DNA from: Chthonomonadales bacterium
GTDB lineage: Bacteria > Armatimonadota > Chthonomonadetes > Chthonomonadales > CAJBBX01
DNA: 64,000 nucleotides
NCBI GenBank assembly: GCA_037443035.1
Contig: JBBIPC010000008.1
Span: 32,001-96,000 of the forward strand
Direction: 5' to 3'
Position numbers and translations under genes: made by a program. The notes below the pieces were generated by a model that saw only the letters and a program-made list of their open reading frames with translations, had not been told where the DNA came from and did not search any database. Of this stretch, positions 10,118-18,565 are shown one piece after another (position 1 is the stretch's first letter; the number at the start of each line of letters is the position of its first letter).

Positions 10118-11580
10118 AGGCCTCCGCGCCGCGTAGATATATGCTCGCAGGCGTCCTGGGCTTCATGCTTGCATGTCACGGACATGCTATCGCCCAGGCC
10201 ACTAGTCCGCCGGATACCGCGCATCTGTTCAATGATGCCCTGGCACGCTACAGGTCCGGCGACCTGGACGCAGCTCTGAGCCTGTTTAGGAAAGTCAGCG
10301 AAGCCACCCCGAAAGACCCCGAGATCCATAACTGGATTGGCTTTCTGCTGATGCGCATGGACAGGCACGCAGAGGCCGTCCGCTCCTTCGAGGAGGCAGT
10401 CCGTCTTCGTCCGGACTACGTAGAGGCGTGGACGAACTTGGGCACGGCATGCATGGCCGGACTCGGTGTCGAACAAGCCCTACAGGCGTTTCGTAAGGCA
10501 GCATCCCTTGCGCCGCGGAACCCGACCGTTCGCTACAACTTGGCGAACGCGCTGGCCCGTGCAGGGAAGCACGCGGAAGCCGTGGCGGAGTTCCGTGAGA
10601 CCGTGCGACTGCGACCCGAAGACTCCGCCGCGTGGAACAACCTCGGCTGTTCGCTTCAGACTCTGAAGCAGCCAGTACCTGCCGCAGACGCCTTTCGGAA
10701 GGCCGTTGCGTTGGAGCCGAAGAACGCGACGTACCAGACCAATCTCGGAGTCGCTCTCAACGAGGCTGGCAAGCCTGGCGAGGCACGGAGGGTCCTGGAA
10801 ACTGCGGTGCGACTCGACAAGCGTAACGTGGCCGCGCGGGTGGGGCTAGCCGAGGCGCTGATTCGGCTCGAGCAGTATGCGGCCGCGATTCCGCACTTGG
10901 AGGAGGCAGCACGCCTGGCACCAAGAGACTTCGCTGTGCAATACAACCTGGGTCTGGCACGTTGGCGGTCTCGCGACCTCAGAGGTGCCGTTGCTGCCTA
11001 TGAATCCGCCAGAGAGATCCTCCCGGACAACGTGGAAACGCTGACCGCCCTTGTCCAACTGTACCAGGCTGCGGGTCGCCTGGCCGACGCCATCAAGACG
11101 TGCGAGCGTTTGGTGGAACTACGGCCGGATGATGCTGGTATCCGGGTAAGGCTCGGGAATCTGAAGGCTGCGTCGGGCGACATGCCGGGCGCTGCTTCGG
11201 CGTGGGAGGATGCGACCGTCAGGGCCCCTACGAGAACCGACGTGCGGTTGCGTCTTGCGGCCTACTACCTGGAGAGGGCCAACCTGGATGCTGCAGAACG
11301 ACACTATCGGCGTGTCTTGCAGCGAGAACCCGCCAACGGTATCGCCATCAACGGTATGGGCCTCATTAGCGATCTGCGAGGCAAGCCTGGCCAGGCAGTG
11401 CAGTACTACCGACGAGCAGTTGCCGCCGCTCCCAACATGGCGGCTGCTTGGAACAACCTCGGTGTCGCGCTGGAGAAGACAGGCGATGTTGCGGGAGCAC
11501 GACGCGCGTACCGCAAGGCGCTGGCAGTGGACGCCGGGTGCACTGATGCCCGAAGAAACTTGGAGCGTCTCGGGCGCTAG
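10114..11580 (+). CDS. exported tetratricopeptide repeat protein
   Basis: Signal peptide ending AIA; many tandem TPR units (AWNNLG, YNLG, EEAVRLRP); ATGA overlap with the AAA gene. Confidence 0.88.
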   Translation: MKASAPRRYMLAGVLGFMLACHGHAIAQATSPPDTAHLFNDALARYRSGDLDAALSLFRKVSEATPKDPEIHNWIGFLLMRMDRHAEAVRSFEEAVRLRPDYVEAWTNLGTACMAGLGVEQALQAFRKAASLAPRNPTVRYNLANALARAGKHAEAVAEFRETVRLRPEDSAAWNNLGCSLQTLKQPVPAADAFRKAVALEPKNATYQTNLGVALNEAGKPGEARRVLETAVRLDKRNVAARVGLAEALIRLEQYAAAIPHLEEAARLAPRDFAVQYNLGLARWRSRDLRGAVAAYESAREILPDNVETLTALVQLYQAAGRLADAIKTCERLVELRPDDAGIRVRLGNLKAASGDMPGAASAWEDATVRAPTRTDVRLRLAAYYLERANLDAAERHYRRVLQREPANGIAINGMGLISDLRGKPGQAVQYYRRAVAAAPNMAAAWNNLGVALEKTGDVAGARRAYRKALAVDAGCTDARRNLERLGR

Positions 11581-11622
11581 GCTCGACCGGGCATTGTAAC
11601 AGGCAGGCGCAGCAAGCACCCC

Positions 11623-11652
11623 GGAAACCCAGAGCGGTGAGAAGCCGTCTAA
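11623..11652 (+). promoter_or_regulatory. putative ECF-type sigma promoter
   Basis: GGAAAC-N17-CGTCTAA, matching the general ECF pattern of AAC at -35 and CGT at -10, just before the sigma-like gene. Confidence 0.55.
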
Positions 11653-11670
11653 TCGTGTGAGACAGGCCGA

Positions 11671-13284
11671 ATGGCCGCGAATCCCGAGAAACCGCAGAAT
11701 CGCGTGTCACGAAGCCAGCAGCCAGCCGTTATGGAAGGAAGGAGCGAGGCGGTGGCGAGGACGCTGACAGAGGGGATGTCCAAGGGGGCGGCGCGTGCCG
11801 AATCCCTGCCGCTGGACGTCGTCAGCATTGCCGACGAACTGCTTTCGCTCGTTGGACCGCGGGCGATCACCCTCCTAACGACACCCCGCCAGCTCGACGA
11901 TGGACGCATCGTGAGACCCCGACTGAGTGTCAACGACTGCTACGCCGCGCTACCAGAGGCATGCCGCAAAATGGCACGAGTCGTCGTTACGCGGCGCCAG
12001 CGCATGGGACAGGCCGGTGGCAGACTCACGCTGGAGGAGATCTTCCCCGACCCGGCGGCGTACCTTGCCAGAGCCATCCGGTCGGTGATCAGCGACGAGG
12101 GTCGGGCAGCACGGCGGGAACCGGAATGCTTTTCCCTGGACGTGCCAATCGGATCCGAGGAGGGTGCCTCGAGCTTTACGCTCGCGGATACGCTGCAAGA
12201 GGAAGATACCGATAGCCTGCCGGAAGAACGGCTTCTGGCGGAAGCTGACCGGACGGAATTCAGGGCAGCATTGCGGAAGGCATTGCGCTCCGTTCCGGCG
12301 AACTATCTCGCAGCACTGGCGCGAGACATGCAGCGAGAACGTGCTCGCCAAGCGGGAAGAGCGGTCGGACCTGCTACGGACGCAGAACGGCAAACTCTTT
12401 GCCGCGCACGTGCAGCGGTCGCGGACGTCATTCGCAAAGAATGCACAGCCGACAATCCGTATGTGTGGATGTTAGGAAGACACAGGACAGCGAAGGTGCC
12501 ACGAAAGACACAGCCGTCGGCGAAGTGGACTGGAGAACGTCAGGATGCCCTCCTGAAGCGTCTGCTCGAGGTCGGCTGGGCTGAGCGGTCGCCGGATCTA
12601 GAAGCAGGGCATGTGGCCGAGGCCGTGGTGAATGACGTCACCGAACCAGGGGCTGTAGCTCCACCGAGCCCGGAGGTCCGCCAGGCCATCCGTGTCTTGG
12701 ATCTCTACACGGTCGATCGCAAGGTGCCAGCCACGGAGCCGGCACGCTCGCTGTACGAAGAGGCGCGTGCACTGCGTGCTGCGGGTCGGATCGAAGAGGC
12801 CCTGAACAGATACCGTGAATGTTACGAGGCCGAACCGGAGTTCGTCGAGGCGCTCAACGAAGTTGGCGTCATGTACAGCCAGCTGGGCAAGCTGCGAGAC
12901 GCGCTTCGGGTGTACCTGACCATCATTGATCTCGATCCCCACGGTCCCCATCGTCACATCGCTGCGACGAACGCAGCCGACATTTACCTGACGTGGTATG
13001 ACGCCGGGCGCAACCGGGATAGGAATATCGCGCTGGCCAGGCAGTATGCCGAGATGGCAATGCAGAGACCATCGCCCATGCGGGCCTGCAATCTTATCTT
13101 GGCCCTGGTGAAGGATCGGATGTACACGGAGGCGCGAGACGTACTGGAGAGGCTGATACGGGAGGACCGAGCCGAGTGTCGCGCCCAGAAACTCCTGGAG
13201 ACAATGTTCCAGATCCGCGACCCAGACTTGGTAGCATGGTGGTCGTGGCTGGAGACGTCGCTGGGTAAGGAGCAGAAACAATGA
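11671..13284 (+). CDS. divergent sigma-70-like factor fused to a C-terminal TPR domain
   Basis: AYLARAIRSVISDEGR (region 2.3/2.4-like); SLDVPIG..TLADTL..PEE (region 3.2-like); ALRKALRSVP..RQTLCRARAAV (region 4-like); TPR helices such as EALNEVGVMYSQLGKLRDALRVY. Start codon uncertain. Confidence 0.65.
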   Translation: MAANPEKPQNRVSRSQQPAVMEGRSEAVARTLTEGMSKGAARAESLPLDVVSIADELLSLVGPRAITLLTTPRQLDDGRIVRPRLSVNDCYAALPEACRKMARVVVTRRQRMGQAGGRLTLEEIFPDPAAYLARAIRSVISDEGRAARREPECFSLDVPIGSEEGASSFTLADTLQEEDTDSLPEERLLAEADRTEFRAALRKALRSVPANYLAALARDMQRERARQAGRAVGPATDAERQTLCRARAAVADVIRKECTADNPYVWMLGRHRTAKVPRKTQPSAKWTGERQDALLKRLLEVGWAERSPDLEAGHVAEAVVNDVTEPGAVAPPSPEVRQAIRVLDLYTVDRKVPATEPARSLYEEARALRAAGRIEEALNRYRECYEAEPEFVEALNEVGVMYSQLGKLRDALRVYLTIIDLDPHGPHRHIAATNAADIYLTWYDAGRNRDRNIALARQYAEMAMQRPSPMRACNLILALVKDRMYTEARDVLERLIREDRAECRAQKLLETMFQIRDPDLVAWWSWLETSLGKEQKQ

Positions 13285-13466
13285 AGCTTGCAGATGAGAT
13301 TCGGAAACTGCTGCTTGCTGCTGCGATCGCCTCGACGTTGGCGATCGCCACGGGCAGTCTCTTGAACGGGACCTCGTGCGTGGAGCGCATCGCATCGCTT
13401 GCGACCCACAGCCACTCCATCCAGGTCGCGGACAAAGGTAGCGACGGTCAAGAGACCCACGGCTAG
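13281..13466 (+). CDS. small secreted propeptide (61 aa), putative signalling peptide precursor
   Basis: AAGGAG RBS; ATGA overlap with the upstream gene; basic N-region plus hydrophobic LLLAAAIASTLAIA; polar tail IQVA-DKGSDGQETHG. Confidence 0.7.
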   Translation: MKLADEIRKLLLAAAIASTLAIATGSLLNGTSCVERIASLATHSHSIQVADKGSDGQETHG

Positions 13467-13488
13467 ATTGCGATCATTCCAGAGCTAC

Positions 13489-13530
13489 CGTTGGCCGGCC
13501 ACTTCCTCGGGGGAAGGTGGCCGGCCAACG
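13489..13530 (+). terminator. strong stem-loop after the propeptide gene
   Basis: Perfect 14-bp inverted repeat CGTTGGCCGGCCAC / GTGGCCGGCCAACG plus inner TTCC/GGAA; no clear U-tract. Confidence 0.65.
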
Positions 13531-13567
13531 TGTCTCAGGCTGCGCTAAGCAAGAGGAGACAGCAACC

Positions 13568-14611
13568 ATGCCCATTATCCGGGATGCACGCATCGAGGTC
13601 AGGGAGATCCCGTTGCGACATCCCTTCGCTACATCACGCGACGCTGCCCCACGCCATGCAACCCCGCTAGTCCGCATCACGCTCCGCACAGACGAAGGAA
13701 TCCTGGGCACAGGGGAGTGCGTTCCCGTTCCCTATGTGACCGGTGAGACACATGCGACCGTGGAAGCCACGCTGAACCGTGCCGTGCCGGACGTCCTCGG
13801 TGCCAACTGTCTACGCCCTCAGGAGGTGCTGCGGCGCGCAGAGGTGCACTTCCGCCGGCAGCCCGCGGCATTGGCCGGTCTGGAGATGGCCATCTACGAT
13901 GCGTTCTGCAAGGAGTGCGGCGTGACACTCTGGGAGCTGTGCGGGGGTGCCATCGAGGCAGTCACGACCGACGTCACACTGTCCATAGGAGCAGATGCTC
14001 CGAAGCATGCGGCTGCCCTCGCACACGAGGGGTTCCGTATCTTCAAAGTCAAGCTGGGCCGCGGCGACCTGCAGGCCGATCTCCGAGTTCTCGAGACTGT
14101 GCACGAGGCAGTGCCCAACGGCGTCCTGCGGCTCGACGCCAACCAAGCCTACGCTGCCGATGAGGCGCTCCACCTCATAGACGAGGTGGTCAGCAAGGGA
14201 CTGCCAGTGGAACTGCTGGAGCAGCCCGTAGATCGTTCGGACTTGGGCGCCCTGCATAGGGTGGCGGCAGCATCGCCAATCCCTATCTTTGCCGACGAGG
14301 CGGTGCTCACGCCTCAAGACGCCATGCGGCTAGTGGAACACACAGCAGTTCACGGTGTAAATGTCAAGCTCATGAAATCGGGGCTGCGCGGGGCTCTCGC
14401 CATTGCGGCGGTGGCCAAGGCCGCTGACCGAAAGCTCATGATGGGTTGCATGCTGGAGACGTCGCGGGGGATCGGAACTGCACTGGCGTTGGCTGCAGGT
14501 ACGGGTCTCTTCGACTACTTCGATCTCGATGCTCATCTCCTGACCGATGCGCCACCGTGGCAGGGCATGTTCGAATCGGATGGCGCGCTACTGCGCATCA
14601 ATCGGAGATAA
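13568..14611 (+). CDS. L-Ala-D/L-Glu (dipeptide) epimerase, enolase superfamily
   Basis: KVK motif; DAN, EQP and DE metal ligands; KLMK; C-terminal DLD; GAGGAG RBS before ATG 13568. Confidence 0.85.
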   Translation: MPIIRDARIEVREIPLRHPFATSRDAAPRHATPLVRITLRTDEGILGTGECVPVPYVTGETHATVEATLNRAVPDVLGANCLRPQEVLRRAEVHFRRQPAALAGLEMAIYDAFCKECGVTLWELCGGAIEAVTTDVTLSIGADAPKHAAALAHEGFRIFKVKLGRGDLQADLRVLETVHEAVPNGVLRLDANQAYAADEALHLIDEVVSKGLPVELLEQPVDRSDLGALHRVAAASPIPIFADEAVLTPQDAMRLVEHTAVHGVNVKLMKSGLRGALAIAAVAKAADRKLMMGCMLETSRGIGTALALAAGTGLFDYFDLDAHLLTDAPPWQGMFESDGALLRINRR

Positions 14612-15296
14612 CTGCGGCGTCGTTCGTGTAGGCGGCGGCATACTCTACGGGCATGTAGGCGTAACGCCCGCCGTTGCCGGAGTCTTTGAAGATGAGAACA
14701 TCGTGCGGTTCCTCTTCTCGGCCAAGGTAGAAGCCCACGAAGAGCACGCTATGGCCGTCGTACACTTCCTCGGCTGGGCACATCCCCAGCACGCCATTAT
14801 CCCAGACCGGCGCCTTGGGCCACCGCAGACCTGCGCAGACTGGCAATCCGTCCCGTATCGCCTGCAGGACCGCCTCCAGTTCGACGTCACTGAGGCCTGT
14901 GTCAATGTCCCACGTCTTGATCCAGGCAAGGTCGTAATGATCCTCGCGAAACGCATGAGCCTGCCGTTTCGCCTCCTTGGTCGGCTCCCAATGCGGGTCG
15001 AAGGTCTCGGCATAGGGCGCGAGCCTGGCCTCGCAGATACCGTGCTTTTCATAGCCTTTCCAGAGGTCCGCGAAGAATCCGCCGTCTTCGTACTCGCCTA
15101 TCGCATCGTTGGAGGCCCAGTTGAGATACTCTTCGCTCAAGATGAAACCTGCCTGCTGCCGCTGGGAGACGGCGAACTCCAGTGCAGCCGTCATGGCGAA
15201 AACGGAGCACGTAGGCCGGCCACCCTGGGACTTCAGGGGCAGCCCCCATTTCGCAAAGAGCGGGCGCAGGTCGGCGCGGCGATTCCTGATACCCAT
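14598..15296 (-). CDS. papain-like (C1 family) cysteine peptidase
   Basis: DLR..QGGRPTCSVFA, LSEEYL, GHSVLFVGF, FKDSG; start overlaps the glmM stop (TGATG). Confidence 0.75.
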   Translation of the reverse strand: MGIRNRRADLRPLFAKWGLPLKSQGGRPTCSVFAMTAALEFAVSQRQQAGFILSEEYLNWASNDAIGEYEDGGFFADLWKGYEKHGICEARLAPYAETFDPHWEPTKEAKRQAHAFREDHYDLAWIKTWDIDTGLSDVELEAVLQAIRDGLPVCAGLRWPKAPVWDNGVLGMCPAEEVYDGHSVLFVGFYLGREEEPHDVLIFKDSGNGGRYAYMPVEYAAAYTNDAAVISD

Positions 15297-16699
15297 CAGA
15301 TCGCTCCTCCGTGGCGCTCGATAAGTGTGCAAAGCCGGCTGACGACGCTCTCGACAGCGGCCGCATCCCGCCCCTGAGCCATGACACGGACCACCGGTTC
15401 CGTGCCCGACGCTCGGACCGACAACCACTCGGGCCGTTCCAGCGCACTGCGAGCCTCCCGGATGGCTGCCTGAACGGCAGGTACCTCTTGCCAACGCCTG
15501 CGATCCGCGACGGGTACGTTCCGAAGAACTTGCGGGTAGACCGGCACGTTGCCTGCAATCTCGCCCAAAGGCTTCTGCGCCTGGCGCATCTCGCGCAGGA
15601 CCTGGAGCCCAGTCACCATCCCGTCGCCCGTTCTGGTCAGGTGGGCGAAAATGACGTGTCCCGATTGTTCCCCACCCAGTACGGCGCCCGTGCGAGCCAT
15701 CTCTTCTGCGACGTATCTATCGCCGACGTCCGTGCGGCGAAGTGCAATGCCGTGGGCCTCCAAGAAGGCTTCCAGCCCGGCGTTGCTCATGATCGTCGCG
15801 ACCACTTGGTCTCCGTCCAGTTCGCCTCGCTGTTTCATGCCAACTGCGCATATGGCCATGATCCGGTCCCCATCCACCAGGCGGCCCGCCTCGTCGCACA
15901 TGATGACGCGATCTCCGTCGCCATCGAAGGCCAGGCCGGCATCAGCGCCGACCTGCCTGACGAGTTCGCACATAGCCTGGGGAGCCGTGGAACCACAATT
16001 CCGATTGATGTTAGTGCCGTCCGGGCTTGCATGCAGTACGTGGACGTCTGCGCCGAGGTCTGCGAAGAGCGCCGGTGCGAAGTACGATGTGGCGCCGTTG
16101 GCGCAGTCGAGGACTAGTCGGAAGCCGTCGAGCGGACCACCCGCCGTGGCTGCGACATGGGCAACGTAACCCATGACGGGTGCACGATGGTGGACGAGTG
16201 CGTCTTCCGCGCCGTGAACGACTGTGTCTCCCTCCGCGGCGTCGAAGATCCTACCGATGCCGGCGCCGGTAGGCCAGGGAACGTCCTGGACATTGGCGAG
16301 GACGTCTTCGATCTCGGATTCGAGGGCATCCGGAAGCTTGCATCCGTCAGGACCCAGGAACTTGATACCATTGTCTTCGTACGGGTTGTGGGATGCCGAG
16401 ATGATCGCTCCTGCCGCAGCCCGCAACCGTACGACGATATGAGACACGGCTGGCGTCGGAACCACGCCCACGTTCGTGACAGCGCACCCCGTTGCTGCCA
16501 ATCCCGCGTTCAGTGCTGCCTCCAGCATGTCGCCAGAGATACGCGTGTCCCGGCCGACGATCACATGGCGGTTGGTAGCGTGGCGCCCGAGGATGTGGGC
16601 CGCAGCGATACCTAGCTTGAGGGCGAAGGGGGCGGTGAGCTCTCGATTCGCGACGCCACGGACCCCGTCGGTACCAAACGTGGGTTCCCTGGCTGTCAT
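15296..16699 (-). CDS. glmM: phosphoglucosamine mutase
   Basis: FGTDGVRG, ISASHNP, DGDGDR, GGEQSGH, VRASGTEP. Confidence 0.95.
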   Translation of the reverse strand: MTAREPTFGTDGVRGVANRELTAPFALKLGIAAAHILGRHATNRHVIVGRDTRISGDMLEAALNAGLAATGCAVTNVGVVPTPAVSHIVVRLRAAAGAIISASHNPYEDNGIKFLGPDGCKLPDALESEIEDVLANVQDVPWPTGAGIGRIFDAAEGDTVVHGAEDALVHHRAPVMGYVAHVAATAGGPLDGFRLVLDCANGATSYFAPALFADLGADVHVLHASPDGTNINRNCGSTAPQAMCELVRQVGADAGLAFDGDGDRVIMCDEAGRLVDGDRIMAICAVGMKQRGELDGDQVVATIMSNAGLEAFLEAHGIALRRTDVGDRYVAEEMARTGAVLGGEQSGHVIFAHLTRTGDGMVTGLQVLREMRQAQKPLGEIAGNVPVYPQVLRNVPVADRRRWQEVPAVQAAIREARSALERPEWLSVRASGTEPVVRVMAQGRDAAAVESVVSRLCTLIERHGGAI

Positions 16700-17283
16700 G
16701 GACGTGTCGCTACCTTGACCATTGCGGGTCGGATCACACGACCATCCATCGTGTATCCGCGCTGAAGCTCCTCGACGACGGTGTTCTCATCGACTTCCGC
16801 ATCTTCGACACGCATGGCCGCATCATGGAGATTCGGGTCGAATGGCTGCCCAACGGCCTCGATGGGCTCCACACCGTGCTTCTGGAGCAGTTCTCGCAGT
16901 TGCCGCAAGATCAGCTCGACGCCGGCGACCAGGCCGTCGAAGCTCCGTGAATCAGCCGCTGACGCCAGAGCACGCTCGAAGTTGTCGAGTATGGGCAGCA
17001 AATCCGCTACGAACTCCTGCACAGCCCTCGACGCTGTCTCGGCCCGTTGCTCCTCGCTTCTGCGTCGGAAGTTCTGGAAGTCGGCCAGGACCCGCAACGC
17101 CTGGGTACGTTCCGCTTCGAGCTCCTTCTCCAACTCAAGTATACGGTCCTCGATGGAGGCTGCCTGCTCCTCCTCACTGAGAACCTCGGTAGGAAGTACC
17201 GCAGCGCCCTCCGGCTCTGCCTGCGGCTGCTCCGTTGTCACGCTGTCCTCTTTGGCATCTTTCTTGCGTTTCATGGCTGACAT
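16696..17283 (-). CDS. grpE: nucleotide exchange factor GrpE
   Basis: ADFQNFRRR, LLPILDNFERAL, FDPNLHDA, GY..RVIRPAMVKV; ATG 17283 preceded by GGAG. Confidence 0.95.
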   Translation of the reverse strand: MSAMKRKKDAKEDSVTTEQPQAEPEGAAVLPTEVLSEEEQAASIEDRILELEKELEAERTQALRVLADFQNFRRRSEEQRAETASRAVQEFVADLLPILDNFERALASAADSRSFDGLVAGVELILRQLRELLQKHGVEPIEAVGQPFDPNLHDAAMRVEDAEVDENTVVEELQRGYTMDGRVIRPAMVKVATRP

Positions 17284-17375
17284 TCCGTCTCCACTAGGTG
17301 GCATCTACGGCACTCGATAGCGCCTCTCGCTGGCCAAGCAGTGACTGGCCTGCCTCGATCGGTGCTTACCGTTAC

Positions 17376-18416
17376 TTACGAAAAGCTGGTGCGTGCCAGC
17401 ACCGAGGACAGTGCTCGCGCCGTTAGTTCCACGGCTGCTACCGCCCTGTCGTAGTGCATACGCGTCGGCCCCAGGACCCCGATGTGGCCCCAACCTCGCG
17501 AACCCGCCTGATACCGCCTTATGACGACGCTACATTCGTCCAGCACGGATAGATGGCTCTCCGGACCTATGAGGACTGCGACCTGGTCGGGTTCGCCGAT
17601 TAGGCGCAGGACGTAGGAGAATGCGTTACCCTCGACAAGGTCAGCGAGGATCTGCTCCATGCGCAATACATCGCGGAACTCCGGATGCCGGAACATGACG
17701 CTTGTGCCTTCGAACATCAGTTCGTCTTTGCGCACTTCCTCAGCTATCTTCCGTACCGCACTGAGGATGCGTTCCAGTGCATCGTTCCCCGTGTCCATGT
17801 CCACTTGTGGTTGGGCTCGTACTGAGCGAATCTCCGACACCGAACGGCCAGCGAGCAGCGTGTTGAGCCGCTCGCAGACATACTGAACAGTCGTTCCGCG
17901 AAGCGTGCGAGCGAGCTTCACAATCCGGCTCTCCGTATGGCCGGTCGAGAACAGCACGACGACAAGCACATGGGCCCTGTCAGCAGCGGCGAGGAACACG
18001 CGATGTACCTGGATGTCTCCCTGCGTCGGCGCTGATGCTACCGAGGGATAGTCGGTCATACGCACGAGGAACCGGCATGCATCGCGAACGATTTCGTTCA
18101 CGTCCTCGCGCACCTTCGATCCGCGACGGAGTTCCCTAAGCGCGGGACGCATCTTCAGTGGCAGCGGCTGCATGAGGTTATCCACGTAATACCGGTACCC
18201 CATCGGGGTCGGAATGCGGCCAGCTGATGTGTGGGGCTGTTTGAGGAGGCCCGCCTCGGACATCTCGCACATCTCGTTGCGCAGAGTCGCCCCGCGACAG
18301 CCAAAGTCGAAACGCGAGGCGAGCCACTGAGATCCGATGGGCTCTCCCGTTTCCACGTATCCGTGCACCACTGCCTGGAGGATGCGCTGTTTCCGTGCTG
18401 ATAGCTCTCTGAGCAT
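17376..18416 (-). CDS. hrcA: heat-inducible transcription repressor
   Basis: YVETGEPIGS, TLRNEM, QPHTSAGRIPT..GYRYYVD, GVLGPTRMHY. Confidence 0.95.
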   Translation of the reverse strand: MLRELSARKQRILQAVVHGYVETGEPIGSQWLASRFDFGCRGATLRNEMCEMSEAGLLKQPHTSAGRIPTPMGYRYYVDNLMQPLPLKMRPALRELRRGSKVREDVNEIVRDACRFLVRMTDYPSVASAPTQGDIQVHRVFLAAADRAHVLVVVLFSTGHTESRIVKLARTLRGTTVQYVCERLNTLLAGRSVSEIRSVRAQPQVDMDTGNDALERILSAVRKIAEEVRKDELMFEGTSVMFRHPEFRDVLRMEQILADLVEGNAFSYVLRLIGEPDQVAVLIGPESHLSVLDECSVVIRRYQAGSRGWGHIGVLGPTRMHYDRAVAAVELTARALSSVLARTSFS

Positions 18417-18440
18417 GGTCCGAACCTCGCGTATCGGTCC

Positions 18441-18470
18441 AGTATAGTCATGCGCCGAAACGCCTGTCAA
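18441..18470 (-). promoter_or_regulatory. sigma-70 promoter of the hrcA run
   Basis: Minus strand TTGACA-N18-TATACT; a divergent TATAAT at 18502-18507 probably serves glmU. Confidence 0.7.
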
Positions 18471-18565
18471 GCGAAGACTCTCGTGCGCAGCCTCTGTCTA
18501 CTATAATGATACGTTAACGACACGGGGTACGACGGCGTGACCGGCGACCCCTGGGGAGCAGGGAC

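Noticed and set aside
13281..13466. 61-aa ORF as a RiPP or bacteriocin precursor
   Set aside because: No adjacent modification enzyme or peptidase-containing exporter, no double-glycine leader and only one Cys; a Sec-like signal fits better.
17305..17370. CIRCE operator between hrcA and grpE
   Set aside because: Half-site-like GGCACTC and GGTGCTTA are more than 40 bp apart rather than 9 bp; better explained as an RNA hairpin.
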